NCBI RefSeq assembly: GCF_008831285.2
Contig: NC_045138.2
Span: forward strand, 20,522,001 to 20,586,000
Direction of reading: 5' to 3'
Length of the DNA: 64,000 nucleotides
Origin: Nymphaea colorata
Lineage: Eukaryota
Shown here in pieces: positions 1 through 12,288 of the stretch. The position numbers and the translations under genes were made by a program. Within the stretch, counting starts at the first letter, position 1. Each line of letters begins with the position of its first letter. The notes under the pieces are model-generated. The model had not been told where the DNA came from and did not search any database. It was given only the letters and a program-made list of their open reading frames with translations.

Positions 1-331
1 AACATTATTTTATAACCTTAATATTAGTAATGCATAAATAAGTTCTTAAATGTATTTATTTGCAACAAAAATTCTCATGCATGTTAAAAATACACAAAAT
101 ATATATATATACATATTATTGACTTTAAAAAGCCTATGTTTGTTCTATATGTTTTTAGTAGTCATTGGTGTTTGGAACGAAATAAAAAATAATCTATTTT
201 TTGTTGTAATTTAAATTTAAAAAAACAATTTGGCGTATATGATTTGTTTCTTGAGAATCTCATTTAAGAGAAAACTTGACAATAACAGATATCATTATAC
301 TTCAATGTTTTCGTTAAATTGTTGGAAATAT

Positions 332-760
332 TTAGCTCAACTCATATATTGCGAGCTCGAACTCGAGTCAAACTTTACAATGCCAGCTTCAGCTTGACTC
401 GTTTGACTATGTTAGAGCTCGAGCTTGACTTGTTTGAACTCGTGAAGACCCATCAATAATACTTCATCTTAACTCGATAACAAGCTAACTCGAGTTCAAT
501 ATCAAGCTACCTCAGCTTCAGCTCTACTCTATGAGTTGACTTGGCTCAACCCATTGAACATCCTTGGTTGAACATAAGCCTACTTGAATTTACTTGAACT
601 CAACTTTTTTACAAATTCGAGTCTTAATTTAACCTCAAGCTCAACTCGTTTAACTAAATGAACTCAATATTAGGTCCAGCATACGGATTGAGCTCAAGGC
701 AAACATGAGTTAGCTCAAGCCATTGAATACCTCAAAATCTACCAAGACATTTACAACCAT
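332..760. mobile_element. Degenerate (possibly nested) hAT-type MITEs with AACTCGAGCTCG repeats
   Basis: Many GAGCTCGAACTCG/AGCTTGACTC units, as in the 32516 family. Ends are degenerate. Confidence 0.5.
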
Positions 761-817
761 GGATCAAATATTAATTTCTGCAATAAACATCTATATATTG
801 TCAGCTAACAAACTACC

Positions 818-1192
818 GGGCTGTTTGGTAATAGGAATAGCAACAAGCCATTTCATAAGTATGTTCTAATATCGATGTAGATTCATGAACACTCAGTGTT
901 TCATGAAACTGTTTCAATCTTTAGGGCAAATATATGGAACATTTTGTTACCATCCACATGACCAAACGACATCCACGGGGCTGTTTAACAACTGAAACAC
1001 CATGTTATTGTTTCATGAATTTATATGCTCCAAATATCGAGTTAGATTCATATAACACTTGTTTTTGTTTCATGAATTTAGCTAAAAAGTTGTGACAAAT
1101 TTATAGAACAGTTGAACAAGTATTCTACAAATTTACCTCAATCTTTAAAGTATATAAAATAATAAAACACTTGTAGTTGCTAAACTATACCT
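818..1192. mobile_element. Two adjacent Tourist-like MITEs (GGGCTGTTTG...TTCATGAA...CAAAC family)
   Basis: Starts GGGCTGTTTGG at 818 and GGGGCTGTTT at 977. Related copies near 21882, 28500, 43795, 56140 and 59060. Confidence 0.55.
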
Positions 1193-2104
1193 AACAAAAC
1201 ATAGCTTTTGCTGGCAAATTTGTGGTATATGTGAAATGTATAAACCTTGTGAAAAGCTGTGTCGAAATTAGGCGGTCTCTTTATTCTATTCGTAATCCAA
1301 TTTTTATGAAACTTGCCTGGGGTTGTCCAATTCACTAAGTTATTTTTTGTATTGCCTGAAAAATTTGGGTGCCTTATAAATTTACTGGGAACTCAAACCC
1401 CTTTTTCTAATAATTCAAGATATAAACCCTCAATTAACCCCATTCACTTTTTTTAATAATTCAAGATATAAACCCTCAATTAACCCCATTCACCTTTTAT
1501 ATCTACACTGCTCCGAGGGGCATAGCATGGCTGGTCAGTCCAAACATCGTGAATTTTCATGGAACGGTTCTGAGGGGCATAGCATGACTAGTCAGTCCGA
1601 ACATCGTGAATTTTTGTGGAAGGATGACATGCATGACACTCAAGCCCAATTGTGTACCATGACTATCGAGGTCTTGAAACAGCCTTGAATCTTAAGGTTG
1701 GGAGAAGGGGGCTGGCTTCGCCTCTTGCGGATGGCCGCCTGTCTTTCTATACCTGCAAACAATACGCCATTAATGCTCACAAAGACCACACCAGATATAG
1801 TTTTCTCCCCAAAACATAGACGATCAACTCAAAAGATCCAATTGGTGCAACTACATACATTTGATGGTGAGATCAACAAGATCCAACTTTTTAACCCTTT
1901 TTTTTTTTTGCAAATAATGAATCCGTAGTTTTGATTCATGAAAGCTTTCATTTTCAGTTACTAAAATTCGACGTATGTTTTGATATGCTGGAAAAACAAA
2001 AAACAAAAGGATTTGAGACTGCAGTTTTCACGTTTCACAGTACTTTTGATGAGAAGCCAGTTAGTCAGGGTCGATCAGGTTCGATCCATAAGGAGAAAGA
2101 ACGG

Positions 2105-2371
2105 CAGTGATCGTCAACGTCGGCAACGTATCGGTTTAATAGGCCGATACACATCATATCGGACTCTTTCCTAATGCATACCCCGCAGGGGTTGGAAAAC
2201 AGTTTTTTTTTTTGTTTTCTTATTTATGTTTTTTCTAAAACGTATCGAGTGATTTTTGTAAATAAAATAAATAAAAAACGACCCAATTATGCATATTTCA
2301 CAAGGTGCCTTGGAAGAAACGTTGTATCGGCCACTAGACCGATACATTTCCGATACGATACTGACGGCGCT
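2105..2371. mobile_element. MITE-like element with CGTATCGG/CCGATAC subterminal repeats just upstream of CstF64
   Basis: Inverted GTATCGG/CCGATAC motifs at both ends of an AT-rich core; starts CAGTG. Confidence 0.5.
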
Positions 2372-2587
2372 CGGAGAAAGAATGGGAAGAGAAAGAGAGT
2401 GGGAGAGGAAGAGGAGGAGAGACAAAAGAGGAGAGGATCCCTAGACGCTCCCGCCCTGGATAGCAAGTAGCGGTTTCACAGCAGCATCCCTTGCCCCATC
2501 TCTATCTCCCGCGCTCTCCCTCTTCTCTCTGCTGTGAACTCAGCGGCGCTGAACTCGATCGCCTTCCACAATTACGACTGCCCAAGA

Positions 2588-2614
2588 ATGAAGAATAAGG
2601 CAGGGCTGTGGTGA
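2588..2614 (+). other. 8-codon upstream ORF (MKNKAGLW*) whose stop overlaps the CstF64 start codon
   Basis: ATG AAG AAT AAG GCA GGG CTG TGG TGA. The TGA (2612-2614) shares its A with the main ATG (TGATG). It lies just downstream of the CT-rich putative leader (2490-2530). Confidence 0.6.
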
Positions 2615-5600
2615 TGGCTAGCTCTCAGCACCGATGCGTCTTCGGTAACGTGGTTTTCCTTATTTTTCCCTTTTGTGAGTTTTGTTTCGGAGAGTAGAAA
2701 CCGTGGTCTTCTATTGCTGAATACCTTCCGCGGTTTCCGATTGAGTTGTGGTTGGTTTTGCAGTCGGGAACATACCTTACGATGCAACAGAGGAGCAACT
2801 GATTCAAATATGCGAGGAGGTCGGCCCCGTGGTTTCGTTCCGGTGGGTTTAACAGTTTGCCGCTTCCTCGTGGTTGTTTGGTTTCGTCTTTGTCCCAGAA
2901 AGAAAGAATTGATTAATTGGGAGTCGAATTATTATAGATTTCGGATTGAATTGCCGTATGCTATTGTGTCGGACAGTTCATCCCCAGTCATTATGGCCGG
3001 TCGCCATTACCCTTCGTTCATTTGTTTGGTAACGGTTGAAGGGGCTTCAGCGGGACTAGTTTGTTCCTAAAACCTGGATATTTGTGTTCAATTTGATTGA
3101 TCTGCTCAATATGAACAAGACATCTTATTGCAGATCATTGTGGCTTGACTGTTGTCTACTTATTTAGTAGTGCTTTAAGTGAACTAAATAGATGTTTCAT
3201 GAATTGCTCTGCTTTTGAAGCCAACGTTGTATACCACTGGCACTATGTGACCAAAATGGCAAACTTGTTGTGCACAAGTTATTTGTTTGGTTGTCTGGTC
3301 TTAGTTTTGGTTGGCATTTTATGGTTTTAATGCAATGAACTCATAGAGAAATCTTGTCCAACAAGTTCTAACCAAGCACTACAATGTGGAGTTCACAAAC
3401 ACAAACATGCTAGCTTGGTTACATATGCTACATCTTTGATAGAACTTTGGCAGTTGTACTGATTGAAGCTGCCTTACAAGTTACAATTTACAACTAAGTT
3501 GTCAAAATTGAAAGTCAGACACAGGTCATTCAAGATCCTAAAATGACTTTGAGAGTAGTCATTCCAACTCGGCATGCATATACTTATATGAACATAAATA
3601 CAGAAAGAAATGTATATCTACATACAAAAAATGCACATATATTTTATATGTCATGAATTAGTCAGTTAACAAACAACCAGGATGACTAATTGACTAGTCT
3701 GACCAACTAGGCATTGGTTTGAAACACAGTAACTGATTCAACTGAGTAGTCAGGATTTTGATCACTAAGCTTTACCTTGAGCAACAAAACTGTTGCATAG
3801 ATAGTAAGCCTAATTTGTGCAGCCTTCCTCACTTATTGCCTTGGAGCTCTTGTATAGTATTAAATAGGCTTCCTTGTAGGATTCTTGTCAAGATTATTTT
3901 AAAAAAGTGTAGATAAGGAAAAGAGCTCAGGATAATGACCATTGTATATTATTGCGATAATGGTGTACGAAGAGGCGTAGAAGCGCAAGATGGAAGCCAT
4001 TGGTCTATGGCACTTCACTGCTTTCCAACTTTATCATAGAGGAGAAATCAAGCTTCTCATTCTTGTACCACACAACCTATCCTGGAGCATTCTCATACAA
4101 TTCATAGCTGGTTCCCAGGCCAAAGATATCTAAGGCACTTAACTGTGACAAAATTGGTGATTGATTTCAGTCTTTATGCTTAAGCAGTGTCACAGAAAAC
4201 ACGTTTCATTCTTAATAAACCCAAAAAAATGTTAAAAACAAGTCAGCCGAAAAAGGGGAAAATACATATTTTTTTTAAATGCCAAGATGAAAAAGAAGCA
4301 TTTTATTTGCATTTGTTTCATTTTTTTCATTTTCGCTTTTTTTCACATTTTTCTAGTTACCAGATTTTTGTTTTCACATTTTTCATATTTTGTTTTTAAT
4401 TTTTTAACTTTTTTTAAAATTTACCAGATTTTATCAAGTAAACAACTTTGCTGTATTTTACCTGAGAAAACATCATGATTTGGTACCCAAAAACGGTACT
4501 TGTGAATTGTGAAAATGTGTTTGACGTAGTTTAAAGATGATGGTGAATCTGTTGGCTTGTATTTCTTTCCCTAAAGGTCTTGTGTCTATGTTCTGTAACC
4601 ATGTCTATGTCAAGCCTATCTTTGAGTTTCCAACACCACACCCCAAATATTGCAAATCCCCAGGCCAAAATTCATATTGAAGAGAGGACTTGGTTGCTAT
4701 ATGCTGATGAAGACAAAACATACTCTGCGTTTGAGAACAGATGCAAAATTTACGACATTTTATCACTCAATTATCATGTTTTTATGTAATACCACTTTGT
4801 TCATACGATGCAACTATTGCTTTTCTGCTTACTTCAATAAAAAATCAAAGGATGTTATTGTCAAGTATCAGTTACTTCCTAAAATTTTGAAAAAGGAACT
4901 TCAAGACAAAGAACTACCAAGAGGTCATTGCTTTACAAAGATTTTTTACCTACTCATGAGAATGTCTAGTGACACAAATTTTTTTTTTTTGTTTCCTTGA
5001 TCTATTTTTACTTTTATGTGGTGTCCTTAGTTCATTTTCTTCCCTATGAGCTCAAACATGAATCCATTATTTTATTTGAGTTATACATCATGAACCTGTT
5101 TGGTTGATGGCCAAGTATCCTGGTTATAGCCTGATACACACCTGACATTAGCATTTTGTAGCTCTTTTGAGTTATAAAATGCTCAATTTAGATGATATTT
5201 AGTTTCTCTAAAACTGAATTGAGTCGCCTTCCTTGCACTGCCATCTGTGAGAATTTCGGTTGTATCTTTCAGGCCATTGAATGAAAACGAGCCAGTTTAT
5301 ATCCACTTATAGATGTTTGGCATGTCTTTGTTTCTGATTGCATAGTGGCCTCTCTCTCTCCTCTCCCTCAAATTATTGGTGAAGAGATGCCAAACTTTGA
5401 TCTTGACCAAAAATCAGTGTGTGTAAAGGCCAGTTGTTGCCTCTTATGTCCTAATTTCCTAAACGAGGCCTATGAGGTTCCCTCCTTCCCCCATTTTTTT
5501 TTCATAGCAACAATGAAGAACTGACAATGAGGCAAGCATACATGTTTGGGTCTGGCATTTCAAAAGGTGATCTCAACCAATTTAGATGAACAAGAGAAGA

Positions 5601-8600
5601 ACCTGGAAAAACTGCCTTTATATAAAACAAAATCCATCAGTACTTCTTGTACAAATTAAATATTTTCTGCTAATCTATATGCAATAAAACGTTACATGTG
5701 AGCTGACCTTTTCTGTTCTACTTCCAGGTTTGAAAGTGTTTTAATGATACAGAAATTTGGAAAAGGGACTATCCCTATTATGCATGCACCGATTTCTGAT
5801 GGAGATTGATTATGGAACATTGTATGTTTGACAAGCATTTTAGTGGCTGGGATGGAAATCCACCGTGGCATTATTAATGGAAATTCTAAGAATTTAAAAT
5901 GCCTCGAGAAACGTCTGGCCAATTGTTATGGATCCTTCTTCCATTTTGATGATCTTAACTTTGTCAGTAGTACTTGCTTGGTTTCGTGGTCTGTCTGCTA
6001 ATATGATGGAAAGTTTCAGGCTGTCAGCATTGTTGTATTAGTTGACCGAGATAAGAAGGTCAAGAATTTTGTTTGGGAAATAACTAAGCCTTGTAGATAT
6101 GATAGGATTTTCTTGTGTTAATAAAAGCTGAATCAATATTGTTTATGAAGTTTTTAATGTGAATAAAAAGCATGTCATGCATTGCATGTGTATATATATC
6201 ATAAGACATCCTTTAAAGTAAAGTGTTACAGGAATTGGTGTTCAGTTTCAACTTTCAACACAATATGGAATTTTGTATTAAATTGAAGACATTTGAACAA
6301 AAATATCCAAACTTCTAGGAAAACTATATTCCCTATCTATGAACAATCATCTGCTTGTGTGTATCATGAGTTTCTCGCTAAGCTTAAGACCAGCGTTAGT
6401 TGACATGTTTAATTGTCTCTAGCCATGAGAACCATAAATTGCTATAGAAACACCCACATTGAACTCCTTTTTTGGCAAGTTGGGGCTTGGAATGTGTAAG
6501 TTCCCAAGTTTTGTGGATCAAAATTGGAAAAAGTTGCTGCTTGTACTGTTATATATTTTTAAGAGAAAGAATAGGCAAAAGAAAAAGGTAAATTCAACCT
6601 ACCTTCTGTTTCAAAATTCTTTTGAATCTACAAGCTTGAATTGAATATCTTCTTCCAAAACAGTAACCCGACTTTGTTAGCTCCTTGCTAATTTTGATAT
6701 ATCATATGTGTGCAAAATAAGATTACCATGACTGCTATCACTTCAATGAGTTTTTTAGTCCCTTTGGTGACTTGGTTTTTTGAAAATTTTCGGTAACTTG
6801 ATGCATTTTCACGTTTCATGAAAGCCAACCAAATTTGGTGTTTGTACACAAGTACAAACAGATTCAGGAAATATGGATTAATAACTCATTTGGAAAGTTA
6901 AAGTCAAGGTAGCAGCTTTTGAAGGAGATATTGGGATGACCCAAAAAGATTTTATGACACCATTCTTGTTTGGTCAATTATTTTCACAGGAGAAAAGTAT
7001 CCTGCACACTTCAGATATATAAAAGTAAAACAAATGATAAATAAAAATGTGTATTTGCATGTGTATAACTATATATTATTATCTATATATAAGTAAAACG
7101 TACTATATTTATTTGATGAAAAGAAAATGGCTGATAGGAAATAAAGGAGTCCCTTGTTATACTCATGTGTGGCATCTCTACTTCTCTATCTGCATATACA
7201 CATTAAAAATGTTGGTTCCGTTGCATGTAAAATGGGCCATGAAACTAGTGATGTAACAGGAAAATTTTAGAAAGAAGCCTTATATTGGAAAAGTAAAGTT
7301 GTTTCCTGTGCATTTTTTATTTTGTATCTTTATTTTGCAGAAAAGATGAACAACAAGCCTACTAAAACAGGAAAACTGTTATTGTTATGTCTTCTGCCTC
7401 TAAATACTGACTGTCAAACTTGTTTTCAGACTGGTAATTGATAGAGAAACAGGAAAACCAAAAGGTTATGGGTTCTGTGAGTATAAGGACGAGGAGACTG
7501 CTCTTAGTGCTCGTCGCAACCTCCAGGGTTATGAGATCAATGGACGACAGTTACGAGTTGACTTTGCTGAAAATGACAAAGGGGCTGATAGAAATAGAGA
7601 ACAGGTAACATGGAGAATGAAATCAAATTCAGATTTATTGGTTACTTTATGCAGCCTGTCAAGTTAACTGTGATGTGCGTTTTTTGCTGAGTAGTTTGCT
7701 TTATGCAGCCGATCAAGTTAACTTTAATATTTGTTTTTTTGGATGATTTCTCAGCATAGAGTTTCCTTTTCCATCTGGCTTTTTGAGATCATGGATTACT
7801 GGCCATCGGCAAATTTCAAATATGTCATATCTAGTTCTTCTATTTAGGTTGGACAATTGGTGAACTATTGTCTTTTTTTTTTTGACATCATGGATTACTG
7901 GCCATGGACATATTTCAAATATGTCATATCTAGTTCTTTTCAGGTCAGAGTTTTAGTGAGCCAGTGTCATCCTATATATACATGGTTATTTAGTTTCCTT
8001 GGAAGATGGTCTTTGTCTTGGATTATGGTTTAAGTGTTACCCAATGCATACCTTGCTTTATAAAAGGTCACTGAATTTTTTTTTTCCATGTGGCATGAGT
8101 TTCATTGTGCAAATGCAGCATAGAATATGTATGGTTACATTCTAAAATGTGGTATTGTTTGTTGCTACTGAAATTATGATCAGCATGATTCCATCCTGAT
8201 CCAGTCTTACTGAGAGTCTGATTAGATGGTCAACCCAATTATCTGGTAAAAGTGTGAACGTCCATGCTTCTAAGGTTATATGTGCACTTTTTCCTGTTCC
8301 ATTATTTGCTGAAAGCACAAATCTTTTGATTAACAGTGATTGGATGGTACAATTTTTTCTGGGGACCTGCGTCTCTAGTGTTGCTAGAGATGGTGTCATT
8401 AACTTCTAGCTCTTGTTGATAAACACATTACATATTTCATGTCCGTTCACAAATTAAAATTTGAAATATATTTTTTTCTTTGTAACATGAGAATTGCAAA
8501 GAAACTTGGTAAACATCTGGAACTTACACATGCTAACAATGTGCTTATTGGGTGCTGAATGGGCTGATAAATATCACCACCATCAACTCACTTTAGTATT

Positions 8601-11600
8601 CTGCACCATTTAAGATGAGGCAATGAATGTTGAATGTGGCTTACGGTATATAACTTTTTTATATTTGATTGCTGATTAAAAGAAGACCATTTTCATAGTT
8701 ATCTCGTACCCCTTCCATTAGTGGTGGAATTGCCTACCTTGCAGGTTACTCCATGCATGCTATGAGTTGACTAATACTATCAGTTGCACACTTTTTGATA
8801 TCTGATGTGTTTTGCAGGGTCGTGGAGGCCCAGGGTTGATAGCAGGCATTGGTATGTTGACCTTCTCTTTTGTCTATCTGTTTTTGTTTGAATCCTTTTA
8901 GTTTTTTTTTGACTTTAATGGCCATATTTCAGATACACAAAGGCCAGCAGTCCTTGGAGATGCAACTATTAATCAGCCTATAGGCTTGGCTGTGGCAGCC
9001 AATGCAGCAAGCGCCATATCTGTGGCTTTAAATGATGCACATGCGAGTGGCATTTCCTCTACACGAAATAGTTTCCAAAGTCAACCTGGAGTCGGAACTG
9101 ATCCCTTAACCCTTTATCTAGCCAAAATGTCAAGAAACCAGTTGTCCGATATCCTGTCAGAGTTGCAGGTTGTTTTGTGGAACTTTATTTGTTTTTGACT
9201 TTTTATCTTTCTATTTACTAGTTTGAAATCGTGATATAGCTTAGTTTTATCTGTAATAGGTACTTACAAAGCATAATCAGCCTCTAGCTCGGCAAATGCT
9301 GTTGGCAAGACCACAGTTGTCAAAAGCAGTTCTGCAGGTTAGTAATTTTCATGTTTTTTTAACCTTTTGTGGAAACATGCAGAGCTGCTGAAATAAAGAA
9401 AAATAAGATCTTCAAAATTGAAATATTTATGATCTTTTGTGCATAAATTTTAGTTTGAGAAAATAGGAGCATGGAGTAAACAACTCCTGTATTAACATTC
9501 ACTTGTTCTGGCTTTCCTTTCTTTTCTTTCTGTATTATGACAGAGCTCTTAGTCCTAAATGAATGAAAGTGTTTAGGAAGAGAAACAAATTAATCATTCA
9601 CTACTGCATGAAAGATTCAGCCAAATGAAATTTGTTGCTCCTAGGTGTCTTGTATATGAATCTATGATTGGAATGAGCCTGTTTTCTTGTGTTTTTTCAT
9701 CAACTTCTTTTGTTGGGGTTGTCTTCACATAAATAGCCACTTCTGTACATGGCACACGGTGCTTATTGAAGATTAGAACTGGAAAAACTTTCTCGAATCT
9801 ATCCTCCATGTTTATATAGCATTTTTTTGCATATTTTTCTGTTTTCTTATCATGTAAAATTGTTTTCTGATAATTATTACAATATCCGTGCAGGCAATGA
9901 TAATGCTTGGAATGGTACCACCACAAGTGGTATACCTCTTTTTCCCCTTTTCTTGTTTTCATTCGTTTTGCATTTATTTTTTTCACATACAAAATTCATA
10001 TTATCCATGTATCCAGTTGCAGTTACCAAACATTCGGCAGGGACCAGCCTCACTTATACCACCTTCTTTGCAAGATGGTCAACCTTTGCCATCTCAACCG
10101 ATCCAGCCTCCTTTGCAGACTAACCTGCAGGTTGGAGTCCTTAATAGATTACCTGATGGAAAGCCGCCTGCTGCGCCTCAGAATTCTTCTGTTATACCTC
10201 CTACCATACATGGGCAATCTAGGCTTCAAGTTGTGTCCCAAACACAAAATCAAGTTCCATTGCAGCTGGGGCAGTCGGGAGGAGCCTCAAGTTTAACAGC
10301 GCAGGTTCAGCCGCCCACAGGTCTCTCAGCCATACGACCACAACCTCCTCTAACAACTTCCAAACCTTTACAGCAGCAAATGCAGCCGCCTTTGCCGCAG
10401 CAACCTAGACCAGTTGGATATGCAGTTCAAAGGACTGTGCAGTCTACAATTCAGAATCCAGCTCTTCTACAGTCACTTCCATCCCAGCCCATTTCAAATC
10501 ATAATGCAATAAAGGTGCTCTCGCTGTGCAATTCTGATTTTTCTGGCTTGATATAGTGTCTCGTTCTGTCTTTCCGGTGTGCATATTTGTTTCTTATTTG
10601 CAATTTATGAAGGCTATGTTTTTTTTTCTTTTCCTAATTTAACTTAGGTAGATATTGAGGAGGATCTGGTGTAAGACTCAAAAATATCTGAAATTTTGTC
10701 AGCTATGTCATTTTTAGTTTTGTTTTTTTATGAACTTTTCTCTTGCTTCATACATTTAGATTAGTTTTCCAATTTCCATGTATAGATCATCAAGTTCATG
10801 GTTGCATTCTTTTTTTTCTAGTTCATCTTTGGTACTTTCTGGAAGATGCTGGTAAGTATGCAAGGTAAGTGCAAGAGAGTATTCCTGTGGATGTCAGAAG
10901 TTATTTCTGCATTGTATTCTGCCAATTAGGCTACTAAAACTATTGGAGACTGCGACTTGCAACTAAGAGTAGACATGTAATTCGAGGCATTCTAAAACTA
11001 TTCTTCTTTTCATGAATTTTGATCTACAGCCTGGACCTAGTGCCACAGTTATTGGTGGACAACCTGCAGGCTTCAGAGATACAGGATCTCTCTCAGTTAT
11101 CAACTCAAATATCCATTCAAGTTTGGTGGATCAAACCGGCTTGACTGCTGATACTTCTGAGGTATTGACACGCCCCTCGAAGCTTACTAAGCTTGAAGAT
11201 GGATGTGTATCCTCTGGTGCAATGGCTGGCAGTAATATTTCTGGAGTTGCTTTGGCACCTGCTTCAATCATTGGAGCTAGTTCTTTTCCAACAAATCAAA
11301 TATCTAATTCTAATATAGCGGCAAATGCTGAACAGCAGGTTCCTCAGGTAATTAAAAGCCATCCTTAGTTTTGCAGTTGAGTACTAATGGTTTTGTACAA
11401 AATCTTTTACTTATACTTTCTCGTGAAGCTCTGTTGTGTTGAACCGGCAAGGGCCATGGCCTCCACTCAGTTTTTTAAAAATTTAAAATTTTACATGAAA
11501 ATTTAAAAATTTTAGTTTAGCCAAAAACTTGAAAAGTTATATTTCACCCCTGTTAAAATTTTGAAATTAAGTTCAGCCCCTATAACAAAAAATTCCTAGC

Positions 11601-12288
11601 TCTGCCCCTGAGTGATTGGGTTCCGTCATCTTCAAAACACTCTTTGTCGGGCACTGGAATTAATGCCCATTCAGCACTCAACTGTGACCAGCAATTGTGC
11701 CAATGTACATGTGTCTTGCATATTGAATGATTTGCCAGTGACCAGAAATTGTGTTTTGTATTTTTGTGTTTCACTACACGTTTGTACATATGCACATGTG
11801 CTAGTTCCGTCTACATTTGCAGATGCAGAATAGCAGAATAAGTTAAGGGCCAACTAACGATTTTCGCATATGCTTGTTAGCTTCTGTATTGGTGTAGTTT
11901 ATGTCATATTGGTTAGGTTCATTTGGTTCACATCTTGTTCATTTTCATGTATTTATTCCTAGGTTAGATATTTTTGAGTTGATAAGTTTCTTTAAAGTTG
12001 AAGGTTTATGCTTCCAGCGCTGTTTTTTTCCTTTTTTTTTTTAATCATGGATAATTGCCATTGGACTGATGAGAACAAATTTACTGAGGGTTAATAAGGT
12101 CATGGACTTGTCTTCAAATCATTTATATCTGACAGTTCCTATCGTTTTGTCTATTCACATTACAGCTTTCTCCTGAGGTTGAATCAGCATTGTTACAGCA
12201 AGTAATGAACCTAACACCAGAGCAACTGAGTTCCCTGCCTCCTGAGCAGAGGCAGCAGGTACTTCAACTCCAACAAATGCTCCGTTGA
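2614..12288 (+). CDS. CSTF64: Cleavage stimulation factor 64 kDa subunit (RRM, hinge, Pro/Gln-rich region, C-terminal domain); 10 exons, 535 aa
   Basis: GT-AG exons join in frame: 2614-2644, 2764-2842, 7430-7604, 8818-8851, 8933-9168, 9260-9337, 9894-9929, 10017-10514, 11030-11347, 12166-12288 (1608 nt). The N-terminus [84 protein letters not shown] is the CstF64 RRM. Also present are the hinge ([15 protein letters not shown]...[17 protein letters not shown]) and the C-terminal [33 protein letters not shown]. Confidence 0.95.
11430..11610. mobile_element. CAGGGGCGGAGCC-type MITE in CstF64 intron 9
   Basis: Family core AAAATTTTACATG...AAAATTTTGAAA, ends AGCTCTGCCCCTG. Confidence 0.65.

Noticed and set aside
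10648..10670. Possible microexon in CstF64 intron 8 (TTAG|GTAGATATTGAGGAGGATCTGGT|GTAAG)
   Set aside because: The better donor gives a frameshifting 23 nt, exons 8 and 9 already join in frame, and there is no supporting evidence without RNA data.
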